This document shows, in pieces, positions 20,021 to 29,238 of a DNA stretch of 64,000 nt. Source of the DNA: a virus; the IMG/VR virus record IMGVR_UViG_3300037851_000452, positions 41,846 through 105,845 of that record. The stretch is one strand, 5' to 3'. Position numbers and translations under genes: made by a program. The notes below the pieces were generated by a model. That model saw nothing but the letters and a program-made list of their open reading frames with translations. It made no database searches and was not told the DNA's origin. Every line of letters starts with the position of its first letter. Position 1 is the stretch's first letter.

Positions 20021-20713
20021 TTAGCTGGTAATCATCCCAAGAAATCTCTTTTTTAGGTCTGCTCCAGCAGATAGGTCCTTAATAATGTTCTTGAGGGGAT
20101 ATATCAACGGTTTGCGCTGAACTCTAACCCTGTCCAACCTGTCCAGGTCTGTGGTGCTCTCGTGCAGGGGGTCGTATCGGATCTCAAACGGAGAGTACTT
20201 CAAGTAGATATCCACATCTCCGCCTAGCTGGTGGAACGTATTAACCAAAAGGTCTGCTAGTTTGGACGGGGTAAGACGTGCCATCTTTTCCCCCACCACG
20301 ATTGGCATAGACTCCAACTGAGAAGTGCTGCGTCCTTCCTCCTTGGACACTTCAATATGCCGACTTTTACCTTCTGGGTCCAAGAACATTTCCCTACCGC
20401 AGTGCGGGCAAACAACATGCATGTACCCGAAATTATCAGAAGACATAGGTTTGCCACAGTCTTTAAAACCGCACCAATACATCTTCTGATCGCCGCCGCC
20501 GTGTAACTTCTTTCCAGACTCCCAGATCAACAGCATCAAAGGGGATGCCACGTGAGACAAGGTAGACCGATGACGGCTAAAAATAACCTCTATCTTGTAC
20601 CGGGCAACATAAGGATTAGCAGGCACTCCTAGAGGCTTAGAGAGACGTTCCTTCTCCGCGGAGGTCAGCACCACCTCGTCTCTAATGCCTGCTGAAACAG
20701 GAGTTACGTTCAT
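20021..20713 (-). CDS. Zn-finger-containing hypothetical protein
   Basis: CGFKDC...CPHC. Confidence 0.6.
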   Translation of the reverse strand: MNVTPVSAGIRDEVVLTSAEKERLSKPLGVPANPYVARYKIEVIFSRHRSTLSHVASPLMLLIWESGKKLHGGGDQKMYWCGFKDCGKPMSSDNFGYMHVVCPHCGREMFLDPEGKSRHIEVSKEEGRSTSQLESMPIVVGEKMARLTPSKLADLLVNTFHQLGGDVDIYLKYSPFEIRYDPLHESTTDLDRLDRVRVQRKPLIYPLKNIIKDLSAGADLKKRFLGMITS

Positions 20714-20720
20714 GTATCAC

Positions 20721-21233
20721 CTACGACAAAGCAGAAGCGCCTCGACGTCCTGTTTTAACACCGCCACTCTGCGGAGGTCCTTTACCCACAAGAGGAGCTT
20801 CCAGAACCTCAGCCCTAGGAACCGAGCTCTCAAAAGAAGAACAGATGTCCGAGGCGGCCGTCCTCAGATCACTGGACGCGAAGGAGATCACCCAGGCGTA
20901 CTTGACGGTACCGTATTTGAGCATGAACTGCTTACCAACAAAACCACGGCAGGAGTCTTGAGAGTTCTCGAGAACCTGAAGGATAGGAGACACCACCGAG
21001 CCGACAAAAGACCTCTCTTTGTCCTTTGATACACGCCCCAGGATATGGATCTGACCAATGCCAGACTGAACCTCAACAACCTCAAACAATCGAGTGCTAG
21101 CCAAACTGCTAGCTACAGCGTTAGCAATTCCCTCCGCATACTCCTCAGGGCTAGTCTCTGGAGTATCTGCCTCCTCCTCCTTCCGACTGCCTAAACGGGT
21201 GTTCAAAAAATCAAAGTCGGGCTCCATAGTCAC
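20721..21233 (-). CDS. Hypothetical protein
   Basis: 170 aa, coupled operon. Confidence 0.55.
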   Translation of the reverse strand: MTMEPDFDFLNTRLGSRKEEEADTPETSPEEYAEGIANAVASSLASTRLFEVVEVQSGIGQIHILGRVSKDKERSFVGSVVSPILQVLENSQDSCRGFVGKQFMLKYGTVKYAWVISFASSDLRTAASDICSSFESSVPRAEVLEAPLVGKGPPQSGGVKTGRRGASALS

Positions 21234-21496
21234 CTCCTCAACTCAACAACGTTGTCCGGAACGTCTAGATCACGTAGGTATTTTGAGTAATCCTCAATCA
21301 ATCCCTCGCACCTAGCTATCGCCAAAACCAAACCATGAACCACAACTTGAGATGCCGCCCAACTGGAGAAAACGTCTCTTCTCTCTGGAGGCATCTCGTC
21401 ACATCTAGAAAGAATGATGGACTTAGCCTCCCTAAAGGCAGCTAGGTCCCTCTCTACTTCCTGACGTTCACAAATCACGTCGCTACGAGATACCAC
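21230..21496 (-). CDS. Hypothetical protein
   Basis: 88 aa, coupled operon. Confidence 0.5.
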   Translation of the reverse strand: MVSRSDVICERQEVERDLAAFREAKSIILSRCDEMPPERRDVFSSWAASQVVVHGLVLAIARCEGLIEDYSKYLRDLDVPDNVVELRR

Positions 21497-21824
21497 GTAG
21501 AACCTCGTCTAGGGCCTCTTTGTAAAATAGGTCCTCTGCAGCCGCTTCCTTCTCTAGAACCGACTCCTCTTCCACTATGACCAAATACCTACAAGGAGCA
21601 CCCCCGTCCCCAGACGACAAATGCTCTCCCAAAGGGTCACCATTACGTCTTGGAATAGCGCAGCACGCCCCTACACCACAGGAACAAGAGCCGCTTCTAG
21701 ACCCGTCCTCAGAAAACTCGTAAGTGCACTCAGGAGGAATGTAGCTATTTACAGTCGGGTACTCGCTACACATCTTTGGGCGCATGTCGTAAATAGAGCA
21801 CCGAGCCACAAGCCTAGTTGTCAT
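21483..21824 (-). CDS. Cys-rich protein with YkgJ-like CxIYxxRPxxCxxYP motif
   Basis: RCSIYDMRPKMCSEYP...CSCGVGACC. Confidence 0.55.
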   Translation of the reverse strand: MTTRLVARCSIYDMRPKMCSEYPTVNSYIPPECTYEFSEDGSRSGSCSCGVGACCAIPRRNGDPLGEHLSSGDGGAPCRYLVIVEEESVLEKEAAAEDLFYKEALDEVLRGIS

Positions 21825-22005
21825 AACGAATGTCCTGGCTTTTGTAGACTAGCTGATACGGAAAACCAACCAGCCTAACCATGTCACTCACAGGAGATGT
21901 ACTTTTGCCGCTAATGACCTGATAAGCAAGGTTGCTAAAATAGGGAACATCCCTATCACCCCTATATCTGAACAGGTCCATTATTGCCTCGGTTACTCTT
22001 TTCAT
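21814..22005 (-). CDS. Hypothetical protein
   Basis: ATGA-coupled start MKRVTEA. Confidence 0.45.
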   Translation of the reverse strand: MKRVTEAIMDLFRYRGDRDVPYFSNLAYQVISGKSTSPVSDMVRLVGFPYQLVYKSQDIRYDN

Positions 22006-22475
22006 GAGTCCTGGTCCTCTCTCAAAAGAAGAAGAGTCCATTTTATACCGTCCCCGTCATACCTAATGTCGTCAGACGCCACATACTGTGGTTTCCCCTC
22101 GCCTATACGAACGGAGTAAGGAATGCCTCCAAGGTCTTTGATGGCCTCTGGAGGGACGTATAGCCTACCCAACGTGTCTACTCTTCCGCAAACGCCTACA
22201 ACGCACTTGTTCTTCAGGTAGAGCTCTACCGAGACTTCCGAAATAGGGTCCCAGCAGGTCTCTCTGATAGTACGCATCTCTTGAATAAGGACACGCCTAA
22301 GGTCCTCAACGAAATCCTCTACATGGTCCCACCTACTTTCCAGCGTTATCGGGTCCTCGCCAGCTAGATGTTCGTAGTCCTGCGGGAGGAATTTCCAGGA
22401 CACTAGCTGCTGAATGGCGTTCTTTGGGACTACCCCAGACTGGATCAGAAGACGGACTGCTGGATTCTGACTCAT
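22002..22475 (-). CDS. Hypothetical protein
   Basis: 157 aa, GGAG RBS. Confidence 0.55.
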   Translation of the reverse strand: MSQNPAVRLLIQSGVVPKNAIQQLVSWKFLPQDYEHLAGEDPITLESRWDHVEDFVEDLRRVLIQEMRTIRETCWDPISEVSVELYLKNKCVVGVCGRVDTLGRLYVPPEAIKDLGGIPYSVRIGEGKPQYVASDDIRYDGDGIKWTLLLLREDQDS

Positions 22476-22992
22476 AGTCTCTCCGAAGCTCCATAGATGT
22501 CTTCACAGAAAACGATATGTCTTCAACGTCAGCATTCTTGTATGAAGACCCGCACAGAATCAGGGTGTCGGAAGGCAGAGACTTAACTACCTCCAACGGA
22601 ACATTAAGAAAATACGTGCGTCCAGAATAAAACTCAGGCTCTAGGGGGCTAGCCCAGTCCTCAAGGATGCTAGACGGACCTACAACCCAACAAGACGGGA
22701 ATAGGTTTCTTCGGTAAAGATGCCTGGTCATCTTTGACAACGAAGGAAGTGGCTCACCCGAGCACTCCACCATCTCTACCCTGTGAAGAGCTGATTCCAG
22801 ATCTAGGTCGACCTCGTCGCATTCGGACGGGTCTACTTCTCTAAGGACCTTGATAGGCAGGTCTACGTCTAGCTCCAACCTACGAACCCTTCCTCTAGAC
22901 AAAATCTCCCGGACCATAGAGACGATACCCTCTAACGTCCCCGGTAGAGGGTACTTCTCGGTACGAAGGACCTCTTTAGATTTGTTCGACAT
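22333..22992 (-). CDS. Hypothetical protein
   Basis: 219 aa; C-terminus overlaps the next gene by 143 nt. Confidence 0.55.
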   Translation of the reverse strand: MSNKSKEVLRTEKYPLPGTLEGIVSMVREILSRGRVRRLELDVDLPIKVLREVDPSECDEVDLDLESALHRVEMVECSGEPLPSLSKMTRHLYRRNLFPSCWVVGPSSILEDWASPLEPEFYSGRTYFLNVPLEVVKSLPSDTLILCGSSYKNADVEDISFSVKTSMELRRDYESESSSPSSDPVWGSPKERHSAASVLEIPPAGLRTSSWRGPDNAGK

Positions 22993-23194
22993 CAGAGTCC
23001 TTCTTTTGCTCTCTCAGGTCGTAAAGATAATCTGCTACTAGACAGGACAGGGACTTTCCCCGACTCTCTGCGTACTCATGAGCCCAATCCTTCAAATCCT
23101 TACGAAGAAGAAGGTTGAGCCTAGAAGACGGTTGCTTTGCAGAGGACCGAAGTTTCTTCTTTCCGACCACTTTAGTCTTACGAATGATAAGCAT
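22976..23194 (-). CDS. Ribbon-helix-helix DNA-binding protein
   Basis: RLNLLLRKDLKDWAHEYAESRGKSLSCLVADYL matches the Arc/CopG-type RHH pattern. Confidence 0.7.
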   Translation of the reverse strand: MLIIRKTKVVGKKKLRSSAKQPSSRLNLLLRKDLKDWAHEYAESRGKSLSCLVADYLYDLREQKKDSDVEQI

Positions 23195-23219
23195 CCTTAG
23201 CTGTCTCCGACGGTGAAGC

Positions 23220-23552
23220 CTACCCTACCAAGACGCCAAGAATGTCTCCAACGTGAAGAAGACACCGATCTCGGTCTAGTTGGCTAGGACGGTTTGCGTT
23301 CTGAAGATAGGTTCTGAAAACAATCCTATCCCCCTTACGGACCTCATGTTCTTGGTACTTTTTACCGCTAGCCTTGTACTGCTTTGGAGTAGAAGGAATC
23401 CCGTCCCCAGTTTCCAGGACAGTTCCAGTGCTGTGTCCGATCTTCTCAGCCACACTGTTGCCGGGGAGGTATAACGACCCTGACATTTCAGGGGATGGGT
23501 CAGTCTTAACCAAGATCCAGGGCCCCTTAGGCTTTACACCCACACCCATCAA
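23220..23552 (-). CDS. groES: Co-chaperonin GroES (Cpn10)
   Basis: KPKGPWILVK, SGSLYLP mobile loop, GTVLETGDG, VRKGDRIVF, DILGVL. Confidence 0.85.
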   Translation of the reverse strand: MMGVGVKPKGPWILVKTDPSPEMSGSLYLPGNSVAEKIGHSTGTVLETGDGIPSTPKQYKASGKKYQEHEVRKGDRIVFRTYLQNANRPSQLDRDRCLLHVGDILGVLVG

Positions 23553-23821
23553 ATAGACTCCACAGGGCTAGCGCCCAGCTTCTCTGCCATCGCGTTGTTG
23601 AACCACTTAGACGCCGTAGTAGCCACAAAGGACCCGTTGATCCTCTCCTGAAGAACAAAGGTCGCCCCACCAGCAACGGGGCGGAAACACAAACGGACCT
23701 GGTCTTTGCCCTCACCGTCCACGTAAGAAACAATGTAAGCTTTGACCTCCTCAAACTGGTTAATCGTGTTTGGGGCCTTCGATTGATTGTCAAACTTGAA
23801 CGCGGTAACGACCTGAGACAT
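23549..23821 (-). CDS. Hypothetical protein
   Basis: 90 aa, GGAGAG RBS. Confidence 0.6.
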   Translation of the reverse strand: MSQVVTAFKFDNQSKAPNTINQFEEVKAYIVSYVDGEGKDQVRLCFRPVAGGATFVLQERINGSFVATTASKWFNNAMAEKLGASPVESI

Positions 23822-23822
23822 T

Positions 23823-24095
23823 TCAACTCTCCTCTAAGTTCTTAGGTGGAACACAATCACAAACTCGGACCATCACATGGGTATTTTTCGATAGATAGAG
23901 TTTTCGGTACTCTACTTTTTTCTGACAGAGAGGGCATGCGTTCTGACTTGGGTAGTTCAATGGCTGGAGCATCGAAATTGAATTTTGGGAAGACGTCCAG
24001 GGCTTCAGTCGAATTACCTCGTCCAGCTTTTTCTCTATACGGACTAGAGCCTGAATCATCTCTCGGATCGCCTGACTCCCCGAGCTCTCCATCAA
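23823..24095 (-). CDS. Small Zn-finger protein
   Basis: CPLC...CDC; GGAGG RBS; overlapped by 23857..24534. Confidence 0.5.
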   Translation of the reverse strand: MMESSGSQAIREMIQALVRIEKKLDEVIRLKPWTSSQNSISMLQPLNYPSQNACPLCQKKVEYRKLYLSKNTHVMVRVCDCVPPKNLEES

Positions 24096-24534
24096 CTACC
24101 TCCAAACAAGAGGGACCTGGCTTTTCTATATAGAAACAGCAGGCCCCTTTTGCAGATGTCTCAAAATGGAGGCAGGTACCATCCTCCATAACCAAACGTC
24201 TAAGTATGACCCTTTCGGGGGTACCTGTATTAAAAGCATCAACCCTGGATATCCGCTTCTTAGTCAACGTTTCAACGAAATCCTTCAGGGATGCTGCATT
24301 GCCTTCAGGAGATCCAAATCCCAGGACCGCCCTAAAAAAATTTGATACCGGAACCTCTTGGCTTCTAAAAAGTCCAGAAGGAAGAGTTACGGACACAGAA
24401 AGTTTGCCGGTGCACTTTGGCCTAGGGCACATCGGGTTGGTGCCCGCTACCATAGTCAAACCACCCAGCTCAGACACGTCCCCCACCACCTTCCAAACTG
24501 TTCGGCACGACTCGCACACGTAAAGAGACATCAT
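23857..24534 (-). CDS. Zn-finger hypothetical protein
   Basis: CESC...CPRPKC. Confidence 0.55.
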   Translation of the reverse strand: MMSLYVCESCRTVWKVVGDVSELGGLTMVAGTNPMCPRPKCTGKLSVSVTLPSGLFRSQEVPVSNFFRAVLGFGSPEGNAASLKDFVETLTKKRISRVDAFNTGTPERVILRRLVMEDGTCLHFETSAKGACCFYIEKPGPSCLEVVDGELGESGDPRDDSGSSPYREKAGRGNSTEALDVFPKFNFDAPAIELPKSERMPSLSEKSRVPKTLSIEKYPCDGPSL

Positions 24535-24875
24535 AGGGAAGAAACCCCAGTCAGCTCGTCATCATAAGAAGAGCCAGGACCAGAAGGCACCAAAGAAAGA
24601 TTAGAGGTGGGCCTGGCCCGGGTCTTTTCAGTCTCAGTTTCCTGACCCTCGGTAATGACCCGGACATTAGGTACCTCGGTAGTGCTTGATTTGTCACAGC
24701 TTTTCTCCACGTCTTCGCAAACAATGGTGGCAAGCCGATCCACGTCTTCTGACGACACCGGGATAAAGACTTCCGATTGCCCGTTGCTGATAACGATACC
24801 GTTAGAGATGTGCTCTCCCGTCAGCAGGTTAACTCCGCCCTCGAATACCTTTGTGACAAACAACCGCTTCAACAT
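24531..24875 (-). CDS. Hypothetical protein
   Basis: 114 aa; contains a copy of the 17-bp palindrome. Confidence 0.55.
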   Translation of the reverse strand: MLKRLFVTKVFEGGVNLLTGEHISNGIVISNGQSEVFIPVSSEDVDRLATIVCEDVEKSCDKSSTTEVPNVRVITEGQETETEKTRARPTSNLSLVPSGPGSSYDDELTGVSSL

Positions 24876-25315
24876 CAGATTCTCCGGTGTTCTGAAGACC
24901 GCCTTAGCTCCTCAGCGCGCTTAACCTGCTCTGCCCCGCGCCTAATAGCTGAAACCATCTTCTTGTTGTCAGAGGGCCTCCAGAGAGGGCGAACCTTTAG
25001 TATCTTGCTCATCCAGTCCTTCAGCAGCTTCTTGTCTCTATCGGACGACTTTTCCCGCTCCTTCTTCAAGAACGGGAACAACAGATTCCGATAACCATCC
25101 ATAGCTTCTTGTAACATCTTTCCCCCGCCGTCAATCTTGTCGGCCACAGAAGCTAGGATTATCGCCTTGGTTTTAAAGTACTCCGCTTCATGTTTCTTCT
25201 GAGCAAGGTACGTGAATACGGACCCCAAAAGGCTCCCTATCGGCGGAGGCTCGGATGTTAGCTCGTATAGCATATTCGCCTGCGCCCAGCCTCCTGGGGT
25301 CTCTAACCATTTTTT
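24875..25315 (-). CDS. Tail assembly chaperone frameshift extension (gpT-like), reached by -1 frameshift
   Basis: The -1 frame is open from the slippery site: KKWLETPGGWAQANMLYELTSEPPP... to the stop at 24875. Confidence 0.65.
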   Translation of the reverse strand, partial: KKWLETPGGWAQANMLYELTSEPPPIGSLLGSVFTYLAQKKHEAEYFKTKAIILASVADKIDGGGKMLQEAMDGYRNLLFPFLKKEREKSSDRDKKLLKDWMSKILKVRPLWRPSDNKKMVSAIRRGAEQVKRAEELRRSSEHRRI

Positions 25316-26250
25316 AAGTTTTCCAGACTGAAGAGCTTGCTTACGCGCTCATCAAACCATACCGCCTGCACGGACATATCCGCGATCATCTGAGTCGGAA
25401 AACTAGCTACGTGAAACATCTTCTTCAAGAACAAGTCCTTGTCCACTTGTTCCCTAGATGTACCAACGTCTTTTCTGTGCTCTGGAAGAAGGGCTCCGTT
25501 AATCGCCACCAGGGAGCAAACCAGCTTGCAGGTGTTCAGTAGCTCATTGACGTAAAGAGCTGACCCCGGAAACTCATAGATGTATCGAAGGCAGAACAGA
25601 TGCTCGTGCTGATTGAATGTCCTAAAAGTGTAGTTCAACTTGGACTGGACAATTTCAACGGTCTGTTGAATCTCCCTCCTGGTGACCATGTCTGCCAAGT
25701 CGAGAGGAGCAAGTGTCTTCTCAATAGCCTCTCTTCGTTTCTTCGATACCAAAAACTCCCGGTGCGAGGAGATAGACGCAAAGTCAAACTCCGGAACTGA
25801 CGTGGCCTCCTCAGCTACCCTCTCCATCTCCTCTTCCGTAGGGTCTTCAAAAGACGGGTTCATCCCCGCCCCCTCCTCCTTATTGGCCGCCTTTACCGCC
25901 TCTAGAGCCTTAATGGTTTCAGCGGAAAGTTTACCGGCCTCCTTCTTGGGAGTCTCTACCTCAGGCTCTTTATGGAAGTACGAGGACCCAGAAGTCGTAC
26001 GCTCCTGAGGAGGGTCCTCAAATGAAGGAGAAGGAATAGAGCCCATCTCAGAAATCCTCTTCATCTTTTCCGGATCTAGAGGAGGAGCCCATCCAACAGG
26101 AGCTCCCGCATTCTTAACTGCGTCCATCTGAGATTTCTTTTCCTTAATACGCTCGCTGTACCCAGCGGCAGTATAAATCTCCTCTGCAGAAGGAGTGAAA
26201 GAAACCTCTCCCCGACCGCTACCCGAGCTTTTTTGGGCCAACCTGCTCAC
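25303..26250 (-). CDS. Tail assembly chaperone (gpG-like)
   Basis: Ends LENLKNG* on TTA AAA AAT GGT TAG. Confidence 0.65.
   Translation of the reverse strand: MSRLAQKSSGSGRGEVSFTPSAEEIYTAAGYSERIKEKKSQMDAVKNAGAPVGWAPPLDPEKMKRISEMGSIPSPSFEDPPQERTTSGSSYFHKEPEVETPKKEAGKLSAETIKALEAVKAANKEEGAGMNPSFEDPTEEEMERVAEEATSVPEFDFASISSHREFLVSKKRREAIEKTLAPLDLADMVTRREIQQTVEIVQSKLNYTFRTFNQHEHLFCLRYIYEFPGSALYVNELLNTCKLVCSLVAINGALLPEHRKDVGTSREQVDKDLFLKKMFHVASFPTQMIADMSVQAVWFDERVSKLFSLENLKNG
25309..25315 (-). other. -1 programmed ribosomal frameshift site A_AAA_AAT
   Basis: X_XXY_YYZ heptamer in frame just before the stop; CCCAG-GAGG-CTGGG hairpin 10 nt downstream. Confidence 0.7.
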
Positions 26251-26542
26251 TGCTTACGTCTCCTGTAGAGGGCTCAAAGGCCATGTTCCAATCCGGTTCT
26301 ACCAAAGTCATCTTACTCATTCCGCGAACGGGGGTCGGCAAAGCTGTTCCAGAAAGAGGGGAACTCGAAATAGGCCACCACCGCTTGCACGGGTTACAAA
26401 ACACGTGAATACCTGTTTGGTTAGATATTACCTGACCCTCCTGCCCACACTTGTCGCAGAAGCGTACCGCTTCCCTCCTCTCAGAAGAGTCGGCCTTCTT
26501 TGTTGTAGGAAGGCCCTTAATCGGAGGCAACCCCATAACCAA
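26219..26542 (-). CDS. Zn-ribbon hypothetical protein
   Basis: CDKC...CNPC. Confidence 0.55.
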   Translation of the reverse strand: MVMGLPPIKGLPTTKKADSSERREAVRFCDKCGQEGQVISNQTGIHVFCNPCKRWWPISSSPLSGTALPTPVRGMSKMTLVEPDWNMAFEPSTGDVSSEQVGPKKLG

Positions 26543-26594
26543 ACTCCTCTAGCATAAGTATAGAAAACGAAGTACGCATTATTTATGTATGGTG

Positions 26595-26807
26595 TCAAGG
26601 TTTGTCCTGTTGCTCCAGAGCACCATCCCTTCTAAAAGCCAGACCGCAGCATAAACAAACGTAAACTCCGTCTGACTTCTTGTTGAAAAGCTCGTGCTCT
26701 CTATTAAGACAAGCAGGGCACTCAACTACCTCTCCAGTCTTACGGCACCAGTAACAGCCAGCACCAAGGCACCTAGAGCATTGATTTACCAAAGGTTTGT
26801 TTCTCAT
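26595..26807 (-). CDS. Multi-Cys zinc-finger protein
   Basis: CSRCLGAGCYWC, CPAC, CLCC. Confidence 0.55.
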   Translation of the reverse strand: MRNKPLVNQCSRCLGAGCYWCRKTGEVVECPACLNREHELFNKKSDGVYVCLCCGLAFRRDGALEQQDKP

Positions 26808-26827
26808 CTAATGACCCGGACATTAGC

Positions 26828-26856
26828 TAAAAGAAAAGGGCCACAGCCCTTTTCTA
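26828..26856 (-). terminator. Intrinsic terminator downstream of recA (possibly bidirectional)
   Basis: AGAAAAGGG-CCACAG-CCCTTTTCT hairpin. Confidence 0.55.
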
Positions 26857-26858
26857 AG

Positions 26859-27878
26859 TTACCGAACAAAAGACCGCACCTCTTTAAGAACCGCTACGCC
26901 TATAGAACTGTTCTTCAGAACCCTAGCTGTCTCTCCCTCTCCTTGAGCCAAAATCTCACCGCCATACCGATACCAGGAACCCTCCTTTCGCAATACCCCC
27001 GCGGAGGTTGCCACCCTTACCAAGTCTTTCCAACGGTCTATCCCATGCCCTTTTACGAACGGAACGGTCACGATCCTTCCAGGCCGGGACAAGGTGTTGG
27101 ATACGATGTTGATATTTAGGTCGTACAACGAATCTGATAAAGACGACCTAGATAGCTCCATTCTCGTATCAAACATCCCAGCTATCTTTCTAGCTACGGA
27201 GTCAGATCCACCAGCAAAGAACCTAGACGGATCAATAGACCTTTTGGCTCGGACCTGATTCACCATCACAACACACTTATCTAACCCTATGTCCGGCATT
27301 AAATGTGACATCCAGTGGTAGATCATATTTCTCCACCCCGATCCGTTGTCTTCCTTAGGCCTAAGACCGGTAGCAGAGTCCACTACCAAAACGTCTATGT
27401 CCCCCGTCGAATATAAAATTCCGGCGTGCTCTAAAACAGACTCACCACAGCCAGACCGCATAACCGCTAATGAAGAGGTATCCACCCCAACTTTCTCCAA
27501 GTAAGGCTCATCCAAGAACTCGCCACAAAGAAGCACTGTCCTAAGAGACGATTCCTGCGCTTGCCTAATTATTGAATAGGCCAACGCGGTCTTTCCAACA
27601 GACTCTTCCCCAAATATTTCTATGAAACCCGCCGGCAGTCCTCCACCAAGAGATATGTCCAGGCTGGCTATGCCTGTAGATATTGATATCGCAGGTACTA
27701 TCTTTGAAATATATGGAGCGGACAACTCTACGGTAGTCTTATTGTAACTAGATCTATGCTTTTCAAGGTGTGAATCCAGCTCATCCGCCCTACTGGGCTT
27801 GCTACGATGCTTCTGTAAAAGGGATTCAAAGCGGGTAACGTCGGACATAAACAACTCCTCCATACTCCTTATGCCCAA
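26859..27878 (-). CDS. recA: RecA/UvsX-like recombinase
   Basis: STGIASLDISLGGGLPAG, Walker A GEESVGKT, Walker B VLVVDS, NQVR, GSWYRYG...QGE. Confidence 0.9.
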   Translation of the reverse strand: MGIRSMEELFMSDVTRFESLLQKHRSKPSRADELDSHLEKHRSSYNKTTVELSAPYISKIVPAISISTGIASLDISLGGGLPAGFIEIFGEESVGKTALAYSIIRQAQESSLRTVLLCGEFLDEPYLEKVGVDTSSLAVMRSGCGESVLEHAGILYSTGDIDVLVVDSATGLRPKEDNGSGWRNMIYHWMSHLMPDIGLDKCVVMVNQVRAKRSIDPSRFFAGGSDSVARKIAGMFDTRMELSRSSLSDSLYDLNINIVSNTLSRPGRIVTVPFVKGHGIDRWKDLVRVATSAGVLRKEGSWYRYGGEILAQGEGETARVLKNSSIGVAVLKEVRSFVR

Positions 27879-27920
27879 ACCCAGACATACTTTTTATTAG
27901 TAGTGGTCAAACTAGGTCCC

Positions 27921-27949
27921 GATAAACTATACCGTCTATTTGGTATAAG
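27921..27949 (+). promoter_or_regulatory. Phage promoter GATAA-N16-GGTATAAG upstream of thyX
   Basis: Motif copy at the divergence point between recA and thyX. Confidence 0.6.
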
Positions 27950-28093
27950 TATTGTGTGGAGAAAAAATTTCCTCCTGGGCAGGGCGGGGCGGTTGAGGTG
28001 AATACCTTGGGCGCCCCGCCCAAAATTTAGCCCCCTTAAAGTTGAAAGAACGCACGATCGGTACTATCCACGTCGCTAGAAAGGAAACAGCCA

Positions 28094-28363
28094 ATGAGCA
28101 GCACAGACGTCATGCAAAAGCTATCCTCTGAGACCTTTACCGTAGGAAAGCACGGGTTCGTACGTATCGTAGATTGGATGGGGTATGACTCCTCCATCGT
28201 ACAAGCCGCTAGGGTTTCTTATGGGGCAGGCACAAAAACAGTGAGAGAGGACAAAGAGCTAATAAGGTACCTGATGCGAAAGGGGCATACCAGCCCGTTT
28301 GAGCACTGCGAGATCAAGCTTCACGTTCGCGTTCCAATGGATGTTTGGCGGCAGTGGATCCGT
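28094..28363 (+). CDS. thyX: Flavin-dependent thymidylate synthase, exon 1
   Basis: IVQAARVSY, LIRYLMRKGHTSPFEH, RQWIR, then interrupted. Confidence 0.9.
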
Positions 28364-29238
28364 TAAATCAGGCACCCAGAAAGTCTTACTAGGGGCTATA
28401 CATGCTTGTAGGTACAACTACACTAGGTGGGGTTTCAATAAAAAGGTTAACTCGTGGAAGTCAGCAGAAGGTACTTCTACGGTGTGACCAGTGCGGTAAA
28501 GAAACGATCACCTGGTGGGGTAACTACATCCAATATCAAGAAAAGACACAGCGAAACGGAAAGACATATTGTCAATCATGCGCTACCAAAATAGGTGGGG
28601 TAAAGAGAAAAGGCCGTAAGGCTCCCCACACAGCTAAAAGAAACAGTTCTCAGGTTGGAAAGAATCACCCCTCGTGGAGAGGCGGTCAGTACGTTGACGC
28701 AAACGGCTACCGTATGGTCAATGTACGCTCCGGACGTAGAAAATCAGGATGGGGAAACTACAAAAAAGAACACATACTTGTGGTTGAACGTAACATCGGA
28801 AGAAAGATCCTTAAGAGCGAGCTTGTTCACCACGTTGACGGGGTCAAGCTAAACAACCACATATCCAACCTGTTTTTAACGGATTCTTCTGGGCATAGAA
28901 ACGCGCATGTGTCTCTTCAAGATATTGGCTACGAGCTAGTTCGTAGCAAGCTAGTAAAGTTCAGTAAGAAAACTGGGAAGTATTCTGTGGCGGATGTAAA
29001 ACTCCGTGAACTGCTGGGACACCCTAAGATGCCTTCTGGGATCGGGCAATCAGCAGCCAAGCTTTTCAGGAATGAAAAGAAGGTTCAACGACTAGGTCAT
29101 GGAGCCCCAATGCCAAAAAAAGGTAATGGGCGGTAAAGACCCACGAGCGCGGAGCACGGGTAAACCGTGATGATATAGTCTGAGCTTTATGGAAACATAA
29201 AGAACACGGGGATAAAGAGCCCCATGGGTAACAAGATG
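28364..29238 (+). mobile_element. Group I self-splicing intron in thyX
   Basis: P element GAACTGCTGGGA, Q AATCAGCAGCC, R GTTCAACGACTA, S ATGATATAGTC; IGS TTCTGTGGCGGAT (28983-28995) pairs the 5' exon ATCCGT; ends in omega-G 29238. Confidence 0.9.
28402..29136 (+). CDS. Intron-encoded HNH homing endonuclease
   Basis: CDQC/CQSC, NHPSWRGG, EHILVVE...VHHVDGVKLNNHISNL; lies in the P1 loop and reads into the ribozyme core. Confidence 0.88.
   Translation: MLVGTTTLGGVSIKRLTRGSQQKVLLRCDQCGKETITWWGNYIQYQEKTQRNGKTYCQSCATKIGGVKRKGRKAPHTAKRNSSQVGKNHPSWRGGQYVDANGYRMVNVRSGRRKSGWGNYKKEHILVVERNIGRKILKSELVHHVDGVKLNNHISNLFLTDSSGHRNAHVSLQDIGYELVRSKLVKFSKKTGKYSVADVKLRELLGHPKMPSGIGQSAAKLFRNEKKVQRLGHGAPMPKKGNGR

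Noticed and set aside
28094-28366. thyX as a truncated pseudogene or intein-split gene
   Set aside because: The TAA lies just inside a group I intron with a complete core; splicing restores the frame
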